This document shows positions 27,638 to 36,509 of a DNA stretch of 64,000 nucleotides, piece by piece. How positions within the stretch are numbered: the first letter of the stretch is position 1; each line of letters begins with the position of its first letter. The notes under the pieces were generated by a model, which was given only the letters and a program-made list of their open reading frames with translations, was not told the origin of the DNA and made no database searches. Both the position numbers and the translations under genes were made by a program. This stretch comes from an uncultured Alphaproteobacteria bacterium (GTDB taxonomy: Bacteria > Pseudomonadota > Alphaproteobacteria > Acetobacterales > Acetobacteraceae): positions 6,264 to 70,263 of the forward strand of contig CAWKAN010000013.1 of the NCBI GenBank assembly GCA_963847615.1, in the 5' to 3' direction.

Positions 27638-27853
27638 TTGAAGACCAGCAAGACCCTCACCGAGGGACAGCGCGCCTACGAGGCCAAGCGTGCGGCCAAG
27701 GCCGGGATGAGCCTGGACAAATGGCTCGACAGCAAGCAGCGCCAGCTGGCCGCCGAGGCGCGCGAGAAGCAGAAGGCCGCCGAGGCCGCCAAGCCGCCAA
27801 AGAAGCCCGGCTTCCTGTCGCGCCTGCTCGACCGCGCCCACAAGCCGCTGTAG
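27638..27853 (+). CDS. small conserved-looking hypothetical protein (Lys/Ala-rich)
   Basis: TTG 27638 in track ORF 27584-27853 (KTSKTLTEGQRAYEAKRAAKAGMSLDKWL...). The start is uncertain. Confidence 0.45.
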   Translation: MKTSKTLTEGQRAYEAKRAAKAGMSLDKWLDSKQRQLAAEAREKQKAAEAAKPPKKPGFLSRLLDRAHKPL

Positions 27854-27858
27854 CGGCG

Positions 27859-28389
27859 CTACCACATCCGCTGCAGCACGCCGTCGCGGCGGACCAGCGC
27901 GTGGAACAGCGCGCCGGCGATATGCGCCCCGACCAGCAGCGCGATCAGCACGGCGTCGTACCAGTGCACCGTCGCCAGCGCACCGGCCAGCGCCGCGTGC
28001 TTGCCGATCAGCACCGGCACGTCGACGATCTCGAACCACACGACCCGGAACCCGTCGGCGTTGTCGCGCAGCAGGCCGATCACCGGTTGCGCCAGCAGCA
28101 GGATATACAGCAGCACGTGGTTGGCACGCCCGACGACGTGAAAGATCCGCGGCACGCGGTCCGGCAGCGGCGCCGGCGGGTGACGCCAGCGCTGGGCCAG
28201 GCGCAGCGCCATCACCAGCAGGATCACCAGGCCGAGGCTCTCATGCGTGTTGTACAGCCGGTGCGACAGGGCCTCCGCGCTGTCCGGCACCAGGTAGACC
28301 ATGGCGATGCCAAGCACGAACATCGCCAGCACCAGCACGGCCGCCAGCCAGTGCAGCGCGCGGGCGGTGGGGGAATAGCGGAACTGCAT
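27859..28389 (-). CDS. cytochrome b561 family protein (CybB-like)
   Basis: 176 aa. ARALHWLAAVLVLAMF..., HESLGLVILLVMALR, and four TM helices with conserved His. Confidence 0.85.
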   Translation of the reverse strand: MQFRYSPTARALHWLAAVLVLAMFVLGIAMVYLVPDSAEALSHRLYNTHESLGLVILLVMALRLAQRWRHPPAPLPDRVPRIFHVVGRANHVLLYILLLAQPVIGLLRDNADGFRVVWFEIVDVPVLIGKHAALAGALATVHWYDAVLIALLVGAHIAGALFHALVRRDGVLQRMW

Positions 28390-28406
28390 GGCCGGGTCTC
28401 CGACTG

Positions 28407-29444
28407 ATGGCAGGGCAGTCTAGCGGATCGGCGCGGCGCCCGTCGCTGGCGGCGCATGCCGACTGGAGCATCGACGCCCGCAAGCGCTGGATCGCCCGGG
28501 CGCGGCGAACGCGGAGCGGGTGGCGGCTTATGGCGCCGGAGCCGGTGGGGCAGGTTGGCGATCTGCTGGCGCGCCTGCTGGCGGCGGCCGAGGGCGGCGG
28601 CGTGGCGCTGGGCGTCGACCTGCCGATCGGCGTGCCGCGCGCCTATGCGGCGCAGCGCCGGGAAGCGGGGTTTCTGCCGTTCCTGCGCCAGACCGCGCAG
28701 TGGCCGGACTTCTTCCAGGTCTGCGCGACGGTGCCGGAGATCGGGCTGGACCGGCCGTTCTACCCGGCGCGCGGCGTGCGCGGGATGACGCGCGCGGCGC
28801 ATGCCGCGGCGTTGGGTATGGGCGGCCCGCTGGGCGGTTCCCTGGGCGGTTCCCTGGGCAGTTCCCTGGGCCTGTCGCGGGCCTGCGACCGCGCCACCGC
28901 GGAGCGCCCGGCCGGCGCGCCGCTGTTCTGGACCCTCGGCGCCAACCAGTCCGGCAAGGCGGCGATCGCGGCCTGGCGCGACCTGCTGCTGCCGGCGCTG
29001 CTGGCCGAGGCGCCGATCCGGCTGTGGCCGTTCGAGGGGGCGTTCCGCGCCCTGCTGGCGCCCGGCACCATCGCGATCGCGGAGACCTACCCGGCCGAGG
29101 CGCTGCGCCATCTCGGCATCCGCCTGAAGGGCAGCAAGCGCCGCCAGGCGGACCGCGCCGCGGTGGCCAACGCGCTGCTGGGCGCGATGGCGGCGCTGCG
29201 CGGCCGCCCCGACCCGGCGCTGGCGGCGGCGGCGCGCGACGGGTTTGGCGCCGACGCGGCCGGCGAGGACCGGTTCGACTGCATCCTCGGCCTGCTGTGC
29301 GTGCTGAACGTGCTGGCCGGCAACCGGCCGGACACCGCGCCGGCCGACCCCTGGATCCAGCGCTGGGAGGGCTGGGTGCTGGGGCAGACCGCGCCGCCGC
29401 TGCGCTTGCCGGATGCCGATCCGATGCCCACCATCAGCGCATGA
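28407..29444 (+). CDS. DUF429-like protein (predicted RNase-H-fold)
   Basis: 345 aa. GVDLPIGVP and ETYPA patterns. Contains a 12-bp x3 tandem (GGSLGGSLGSSLG, about 28833-28870). The family call is tentative. Confidence 0.5.
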   Translation: MAGQSSGSARRPSLAAHADWSIDARKRWIARARRTRSGWRLMAPEPVGQVGDLLARLLAAAEGGGVALGVDLPIGVPRAYAAQRREAGFLPFLRQTAQWPDFFQVCATVPEIGLDRPFYPARGVRGMTRAAHAAALGMGGPLGGSLGGSLGSSLGLSRACDRATAERPAGAPLFWTLGANQSGKAAIAAWRDLLLPALLAEAPIRLWPFEGAFRALLAPGTIAIAETYPAEALRHLGIRLKGSKRRQADRAAVANALLGAMAALRGRPDPALAAAARDGFGADAAGEDRFDCILGLLCVLNVLAGNRPDTAPADPWIQRWEGWVLGQTAPPLRLPDADPMPTISA

Positions 29445-29457
29445 CGAGATCCGCGCG

Positions 29458-30450
29458 ATGATCCCGGCAAGGCAACCGGTCTGGAAGGGCCTGCAGACCG
29501 ACCGCATGCCGGTGTTCCTCGGCTACGACCAGACCGAGCGCATGATCGCCGCCCTGCTCGACCGCGCCGGCGCCTGGCAGCCCGAGGCGGTGGTGGGCAT
29601 CGCCCGCGGCGGGCTGGTGCCGGCCTCGATGGCCGCCGGGCTGCTCGCTGCGCGCCTGGCGATGATCGGCTTCGAGCGGGCCACCGGCACGGTGGGCTGG
29701 ATCGGCGCGCCGCCCGAGGCCGGGCGCATCCTGCTGGTCGATGACGGCTGTTCCACCGGCGGCACGATGCGCGCGGTGCGCGACGCGCTGCTCGCCGAGG
29801 GGCGCGACTGCCTGACGCTGGCGGTGGTGCACGATCCCGAGGTCGCCGGCTACGTGCCGGACCTGTCGCACCCGATGCGCGCGCTGTGGCGCTTCCCGTG
29901 GGAGCGCGGCGAGGCCACGCCGACCGGCCGCGCGCTGCGCGCCCGCGGCGCCGGGCCGGACCGCGCCACCGAGGCGCCGTTCCACGCGCTCGACCTGGAC
30001 GGCGTGTTCCTGCCCGACATGCCGAATGCGCTGTACGACACCGACCTGGCCGCCGCGGTCGCGCAGCGCCACGACACCGCGCCGCACGACATCCTGCCGC
30101 ATTTCGACCCCGCTCGCGCCGTGGTGATCACCGGACGGCCGGAGATGGACCGCGCCCTGACCGAGGAGTGGCTGGCCCGCCACGGCCACGCTGCGCTGCG
30201 CGTGCACTGCCGCCCCGACCACATGCCGCACGAGACCAGGCTGATCGCGCACTACAAGGCCGAGGCCGCGACCCGCCTCGGTTGCACGCATTTCGTCGAG
30301 AGCGATCCGGCGCAGACGATTCTGATCGCGGCCCACGCGCCGCACCTGGTGGTGAGCTGGTGGTCGGCCGCCGAGGCGCGCGCGTTCCTGGTGGGTGCAG
30401 CAGCATCGCCCGGCATTGCCGCCATGATCGACCCGTCCAACCAAAGCTGA
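29458..30450 (+). CDS. phosphoribosyltransferase domain fused to a HAD-like (DxDGV) phosphatase-type domain
   Basis: N-terminal VVGIARGGLVPA...ILLVDDGCSTGGTM (PRPP-binding loop). C-terminal half begins FHALDLDGVFLPD (HAD motif I-like). Confidence 0.6.
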   Translation: MIPARQPVWKGLQTDRMPVFLGYDQTERMIAALLDRAGAWQPEAVVGIARGGLVPASMAAGLLAARLAMIGFERATGTVGWIGAPPEAGRILLVDDGCSTGGTMRAVRDALLAEGRDCLTLAVVHDPEVAGYVPDLSHPMRALWRFPWERGEATPTGRALRARGAGPDRATEAPFHALDLDGVFLPDMPNALYDTDLAAAVAQRHDTAPHDILPHFDPARAVVITGRPEMDRALTEEWLARHGHAALRVHCRPDHMPHETRLIAHYKAEAATRLGCTHFVESDPAQTILIAAHAPHLVVSWWSAAEARAFLVGAAASPGIAAMIDPSNQS

Positions 30451-30461
30451 GGAAATCTGCC

Positions 30462-31265
30462 ATGTCCGCGACCCCGCCGGTCTACGAGCTGTTCGCCATC
30501 CGCTATGCCATGCGCGAGGCGCGCCGGTCGGATCATTTCATCGGCGGCGATCCGCATGACGGGCCGATGCCGATGGATTATTTCCTGTGGGTCGCCAAGG
30601 GCGACGGCCGCGCCGTGGTGATTGACGCCGGCTTCACCGCCGAGGTCGCGGCGCAACGCAAGCGCACCTTCCTGCGCTGCCCGATCGACGCGCTGGCGCT
30701 GATCGGCGTCGATGCGGCGGACGTGAAGGACGTGATCCTGACGCATCTGCACTACGACCATGTCGGCAATTTTCACCGTTTCCCCATCGCGCAGTTCCAT
30801 CTGCAGGAGCCGGAGATTCATTACGCTGTCGGCCGCTACATGCGCTACCAGAAACTGGCGCATTCGTTCGAGGTGGACGACGTCGTCGGCATTGTGCGGC
30901 TGAACTACGCGCGCCGCGTGCATCTGTACAACGGCCCGGTCAACCTGCTGCCGGGCATCACGCTGCACCCGGCGCACGGGCACTCGGCGGGTTTGCAGTT
31001 CGTGCGCGTGCACACGCAGCGCGGCTGGGTGGTGGTCGCCTCCGACGTCACGCATTTCTACGAGAACATGGAGACCGAGCGGCCGTTCACCACGGCGTTT
31101 CACATCGGCGAGATGCTGGAAGGCTTCGACAAGCTGCGCGCCGCCGCGCCGACGCCGCAGCACATCGTTCCGGGACACGATCCGGAGGTGATGCGCCGCT
31201 ATCCGGCGCCGCGGCCGGAGCTGGAGGGGATCGTGGTGCGGCTGGACGTGGCGCCGAAGCAATGA
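30462..31265 (+). CDS. MBL-fold metallo-hydrolase (AHL-lactonase-like)
   Basis: 267 aa. THLHYDHVGN (HxHxDH), HGHSAGL, PGHD. Confidence 0.8.
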   Translation: MSATPPVYELFAIRYAMREARRSDHFIGGDPHDGPMPMDYFLWVAKGDGRAVVIDAGFTAEVAAQRKRTFLRCPIDALALIGVDAADVKDVILTHLHYDHVGNFHRFPIAQFHLQEPEIHYAVGRYMRYQKLAHSFEVDDVVGIVRLNYARRVHLYNGPVNLLPGITLHPAHGHSAGLQFVRVHTQRGWVVVASDVTHFYENMETERPFTTAFHIGEMLEGFDKLRAAAPTPQHIVPGHDPEVMRRYPAPRPELEGIVVRLDVAPKQ

Positions 31266-31334
31266 GGCGCTGACGCCGGCGGGGTCGGGGTGCTCTCGGG
31301 AGAGGACCTGGAGGTTCGATCTTCGGCAAGCAAG

Positions 31335-31428
31335 GTTCACCACGGAGGCACAGAGACACCGAGAAGAAACGAACGCGTATCGACCGCCTTCTCGGTGTCT
31401 CCGTGCCTCCGTGCCTCCGTGGTGAACC
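31335..31428. repeat. REP family C palindromic pair
   Basis: GGTTCACCACGGAGGCACAGAGACACCGAGAAG ... CTTCTCGGTGTCTCCGTGCCTCCGTGCCTCCGTGGTGAACC. Confidence 0.8.
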
Positions 31429-31563
31429 TTAGCTTGATTGCGGACGATCCAAGGTCCCGGACGGTTGGTGTGGAAACCGCCCGGGCTGAACCATCGATCG
31501 GCGATCAGGGACCGCGAGGTGTGCGTCTTATCGGGTGTTCCCAGGGGCGCCGTCGCCTCGGCG

Positions 31564-32103
31564 TCAATCGATATTCGGCCATCCGGTGCGGATCGGATCG
31601 CTGCCGTCCCAGCCTACCGCCGCCTGGCGCACCGCATCGAAGATCGCCTTGCGCTTGGGCGTGGCGTGCGACATCTCGATGATGGTGCCGGGATGGCCCT
31701 CCTCGCGGAAATACACGAAGCGGCCGCGCGGCGCGTCGCCCTCCTGCGCCGGGTGGTAGCCGTTGGCGACGGCACGGTCGTACAGCTCGTCGTAGTTCTC
31801 CGGCCAGCTCGACCAGTGCTGCAGCCCGCCCTTCGGGTTGGCCGCGAGAAATTCATGATACAGGCTGGGTGTCCGGCAATGCTGCTGGATCAGTTCGATC
31901 TGCACGTCGCCGGAATTGGCCAACCCGATCGAGAGATGCGGCAACGGGTGCTCGATCCGGTTGAACCAGTATTTCGTCATCGGCAGACGCTCGGCGTAGA
32001 ACCACGGCCCGATGCCGCACACCTTCACCCAATGCTGCATCGCGGCCTGGATGTCGGGCACGACGTAGCCCATCTGACGCAGCGGTCCGAACAGACGGCT
32101 CAT
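31564..32103 (-). CDS. VOC (glyoxalase/bleomycin resistance/dioxygenase) family protein
   Basis: 179 aa. MGYVVPDIQAAMQHW..., GDVQIELIQ, GLQHWS. Confidence 0.75.
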   Translation of the reverse strand: MSRLFGPLRQMGYVVPDIQAAMQHWVKVCGIGPWFYAERLPMTKYWFNRIEHPLPHLSIGLANSGDVQIELIQQHCRTPSLYHEFLAANPKGGLQHWSSWPENYDELYDRAVANGYHPAQEGDAPRGRFVYFREEGHPGTIIEMSHATPKRKAIFDAVRQAAVGWDGSDPIRTGWPNID

Positions 32104-32202
32104 GTGCTTTCCTCCTGGTGCTGGCGGCGCCCATGCGCTTGCGGCAATGGCCGTCCGCCGTGATACTGACCGGTAGCTTTAGCCCAGCCAAGCAGGATCA
32201 GG

Positions 32203-34232
32203 ATGGACGCGCAACCCAATCACATCGGCAGCGACGCAGCGCCGTTGCGTGCCGCGATGGAGGAAGCCGACATCGTGCCGCTGCTGCTGGTGCTGGCGCA
32301 CCTCAGCGGCGACGAGGCCATCCTCGACGAGGCGGCGCCCTACATCCATGGCGCCTGGAACTTCATGCACACGCTGCCCGCGGCGCTGCAGGCCAGGATC
32401 CGCGACCGCCTGGCCGCGGTGCTGGCGGACCACGACGCCAGCGGGCGCAAGCTGCCGGCCACGCCGCCGCCGCACCTGTTGCGCAAGATGCTGGACGTCG
32501 GCGTCGGCCAGCAGGTGCCGCAGGAATACGTCCCGCTGCTGCTCGAGGAAATGCGCCTGGGCGAGGGCGATCCGCGCAGCGTGGCCTGGCGCGCCCGGCC
32601 GCCGGCCGCGGTGCTGGCGGGGTTCCGCGCGGTGATCATCGGCGCCGGGCTGTCCGGCCTGTGCATGGCGATCAAGCTACGCGAGGCGGGCATTCCGTTC
32701 ACCATCATCGAGAAGAACCCGACCGTCGGCGGCACCTGGTACGAGAACACCTATCCGGGCTGCGGGGTTGACACGCCGAACCATTTCTTCTCCTATTCCT
32801 TCGCCCTTCCTTCGCCCCCAACCACGACTGGCCGGAGCACTTCTCCAAGCGCAACGAGCTCTGGGGTTATCTGGAGCGCTGCGCCGACCACTACGACATC
32901 CGCCGCGACATCAGCTTCAACGCCGAGGTCACCGCGGCAAGCTGGGACGCGGCACGGGCGCGCTGGGACCTCACGGTTCGCCACGCATCCGGTGCGACCG
33001 AGAGCGTCGCGGCGAATGTCCTGGTCACCGCGGTCGGCCAGCTCAACCGCCCCGCCATCCCGGACATTCCGGGACTGGACGGGTTCGCCGGGCCGGTGTT
33101 GCACACCGGGCAATGGGATCACGGCGCCACCGTCGCCGGCAAGCGCGTGGCGATGATCGGCACCGGGGCCAGCGGCATGCAGACCGGCCCCTCGATCGCG
33201 CCCGAGGTGGAACGACTGACCATCTTCCAGCGCACGCCGCACTGGGCGGTGCACAACCCGAACTACCATGCCGCCGTCAGCGCGGGAAAAATCCGAGCGC
33301 TGAAACACATCCCATTCTACGCCAAGTGGAATTGTTTCCTGCTGTTCTGGGCGTCGTCGGACGGGCTGCACGCCGCGTTGCAGATCGATCCCGACTGGCC
33401 CACGCCGGACCGCTCGCTGAACGCCACCAACCAGCAGTTCCGCGAGCCGCTGACCGCGCACATCGCCGCCGAACTGGGGGAGCGCACCGACCTGCTGGCC
33501 AAGGTGGTGCCGCCCTATCCGCCCTACGGCAAACGGATGCTGCGCGACAACCACTGGTACCGCATGCTGACGCGCCCGAACGTGGACCTCGTGACCGAGC
33601 CCATCGACCACGTCGATCGCGACGCGATCGTCACCCGCGACGGCACGCGCCATCCCGCCGAGCTGATCGTGCTGGCGACCGGCTTCCAGGCCGGACGCAT
33701 GCTGTGGCCGATGGAGATCCGCGGCCGCGACGGCGATTCGTTGCGCGACCGCTGGGGCGAGGACGATCCGCGCGCCTATCTGGGCATCACCGCGCCGGGC
33801 TTTCCCAACCTGTTCATGCTGTATGGCCCGAACACCAATCTCGGCCATGGCGGCAGCATCATCTTCCACACCGAATGCCAGGTCCACTACATCATGCAGG
33901 CGCTGCGCGAGATGCTGGAGACCGGCATCGCCTCGCTGGAATGCCGCCAGGCGCCGCATGACGCCTACAACGCCAAGGTGGACGCGGCGCACCGCGCCAT
34001 GGTGTGGTCGCATGGCGGCGTCGGCAACTGGTACAAGAACGCGCGCGGCCGGGTGATCGCCAACTCGCCCTGGCGGCTGGTGGATTACTGGGCCTTGACG
34101 CGCGCGTTCGACAGGGCCGATTTCGTGCCGGGGCTTCGCCCCGGACCCCACCAAGGGGCGCTGCCCCCATGGTACCATTGGGGAACCCCGCCAAGGGCAG
34201 AGCCCTTGGAACCCTTCACCGGGAGCGGGTGA
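32203..34232 (+). pseudogene. Baeyer-Villiger / flavin-containing monooxygenase disrupted by an 11-bp tandem duplication
   Basis: [27 protein letters not shown], then TTCCTTCGCCC x2 (32796-32806, 32807-32817) shifts the frame. The downstream frame (track ORF 33096-34232) continues ...[31 protein letters not shown]. Confidence 0.75.
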
Positions 34233-34425
34233 TGGGGAGGGGGCGTGCGGGTGCGGCGCCAGGGTCGCCCGTTGCGACGGGCGACCCTGGCGCCGCACCC
34301 GCACGCCCCCTCCCCATCACCCGCTCCCAGTCATGGAGTCCAGAGGCTCCGCCTCTGGTGGGGGGTCCAGGGGGGCAAAGCCCCCTGGCGGGGTTCGGGG
34401 CGGAGCCCCGACCTTGCTTGGTTCG
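34128..34425. repeat. REP family A palindromic element
   Basis: Same family as 5038-5369. Overlaps the last roughly 35 codons of the monooxygenase reading frame. Confidence 0.85.
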
Positions 34426-34575
34426 TCCGACTGCCCGGGTTCGAACCGTTAGACACATAATCTTTCCGGCGTTATGTCTTCAGCGTGGAATGGCGTGCAG
34501 GGCAATGAGGATACAGTTCCAGGCAGGTGCGGCACGCAAGCGGTCCGGCGGCACGAGCGCATCGTGGCGCCGGCG

Positions 34576-35430
34576 ATGAATGCGATGGGGCAGGTCGTTC
34601 CGCGCCAAGGATGGGTGGCGCGGCGGCGGCAGACCTATGACGCGATCACGCGGTTCCTGCTCGGTCCGATCTACGCCGTGTATGAGCGTCGCCTGTTCGC
34701 CCAGGTGAAGCAGGGACGCTCGCCCCGGCATGTCGGCATCATCCTCGATGGCAACCGGCGCTTCGGCCAGCGCGCCGGGCTGCACGACCCGCGGCAGCTC
34801 TACCGCCCGGGCGCGCAGAAGCTCGACGACGTGCTGAGCTGGTGCATGGACCTGGCGATCCCGGCGGTCACGCTCTGGGTCTGCTCCACCGACAACCTGC
34901 AGCGATCGGCCGAAGAGGTGGCCGGCATCCTCGGCGCGCTGGAAACCAAGCTCCGCATGCTGGTCGAGGATCCGTGGATCCACCAACACCGCGTTCGGGT
35001 GCAGGCGATCGGCTGCCTCGACCGGCTGCCGGCGGCGACGCTCGCGGCGATCCGCGCGGCGCAGGACGTCACCGCCGGATACGACGCCATGCTGCTGTCG
35101 ATCGCCGTCGCCTATGGCGGGCACGAGGAGATCGCCAGCGCGGTGCGCGAGCTGCTGGGCGAAGCGGCGCGCGAGGGCGCCTCGACCGACGAGCTGGTCG
35201 CGCGCGTGACGCCTGAGGCGATCGGGCGGCATCTCTATCTCGCTGGCGCGCCCGAACCGGACCTGATCATCCGCACCAGCGGCGAGGTGCGCCTGTCAGG
35301 CTTCCTGCTGTGGCAAAGCGCCTACAGCGAATACTACTTCACCGACGTGTTGTGGCCGTCGTTCCGGCGGATCGACTTCCTGCGCGCGGTGCGCGCCTTC
35401 CAGCAGCGCCGGCGGCGGTTCGGCCGCTGA
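34576..35430 (+). CDS. isoprenyl (Z-prenyl / undecaprenyl) diphosphate synthase family protein
   Basis: ATG 34576. GIILDGNRRFG, WVCSTDNLQR, RTSGEVRLSGFLLWQSAYSEYYF. Confidence 0.85.
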   Translation: MNAMGQVVPRQGWVARRRQTYDAITRFLLGPIYAVYERRLFAQVKQGRSPRHVGIILDGNRRFGQRAGLHDPRQLYRPGAQKLDDVLSWCMDLAIPAVTLWVCSTDNLQRSAEEVAGILGALETKLRMLVEDPWIHQHRVRVQAIGCLDRLPAATLAAIRAAQDVTAGYDAMLLSIAVAYGGHEEIASAVRELLGEAAREGASTDELVARVTPEAIGRHLYLAGAPEPDLIIRTSGEVRLSGFLLWQSAYSEYYFTDVLWPSFRRIDFLRAVRAFQQRRRRFGR

Positions 35431-35506
35431 GTGTCCGTCCGGAGACTTTGCGAGTCATATAAATTGGTTGCCGGCCGCCCGAAAAACCGCTTGATCCGCC
35501 GTTGCG

Positions 35507-36494
35507 CTACGGCGTGCCGGGACGGCTCGGCACGCCTGGCCGCGGCTTCGCAACGACCACGGCGGCGGAACTGCGCCGCAACCCCTTTTCGCCCAGAAAC
35601 AACAAAATTGGTGCCGCAATGAAAATCGACGACGAGGTGCCGACGACGATGCCGAACAGCATCACCCAGGCAAACCCCGAGATCGACTCGCCGCCGAACA
35701 AGGCCAACGGCAGACTGGCGATGAACACCGTCATCGAGGTCCCCAAGGTCCGGTTCAGCGTCTCATTGATCGACAGATCGATCAGTTCACGCAGCGGCAT
35801 CGTCTTGTATTTGCGCAAGTTCTCCCGCACCCGATCGTACACCACCACCTTGTCGTTGGTGGAATAGCCCAGCACCGTCAGGATCGCCGCCACCATCACC
35901 AGGTCGAATTCGATCCGCGTCAGCGCCAGGAAGCCGATCGCCTTGGTGATGTCCAATATCAGCGTGACCACCGCGCCGACCGCGAATTGCCATTCGAAGC
36001 GGAACCAGATGTAGACCAGGATCATCACCAGGCTGATGCCCAGCGCCAGCAATCCGTTGCGGAACAGTTCAGCCGAGACCGAGGCCCCCACCGCGTCCGT
36101 GCGCAGCACCTTGGTCCCCGGCTCCGCGCGCTCCAGCGCCGTCCTGACCCGGGTCACCGCCGCCTGGGTCGCCGCCTCGCCCGGCTGGCTGCCGAGCCGG
36201 ATCAGCACCTCGGAGGGGTCGCCAAACCGCTGCACCCCCTGCTCGCCGACATGCTCGGCCGCCAGCGCCGCGCGGATCACGCCGAAATCCGCCGGCGCCC
36301 GGCGTCCGCACCTCCATCACCACGCCGCCGGCGAAGTCGATTCCCAGGTTCAGCCCCGGGTAGAAGAACAGCACCACCGAGGTCGACGACAGCACCGCCG
36401 AGACGATCAGCCCCATGAACCGCCCGCGCATGAACTGGATGCGCGTGCCATCGGGCACCAGGCGGAACCTCGGCTTCATCCACATCGCGCCCAC
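35507..36494 (-). CDS. secF: protein translocase subunit SecF (apparent frameshift near 36285-36300)
   Basis: N-terminus MKPRFRLVPDGTRIQFMRGRFMGLIVSAVL...GIDFAGGVVMEVRTPGA in track ORF 36069-36494. The rest (DFGVIRAALAAEHVG...TNDKVVVYDRVREN...) is in ORF 35507-36280. Confidence 0.85.
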
Positions 36495-36509
36495 CTATGA
36501 TCACCCATG

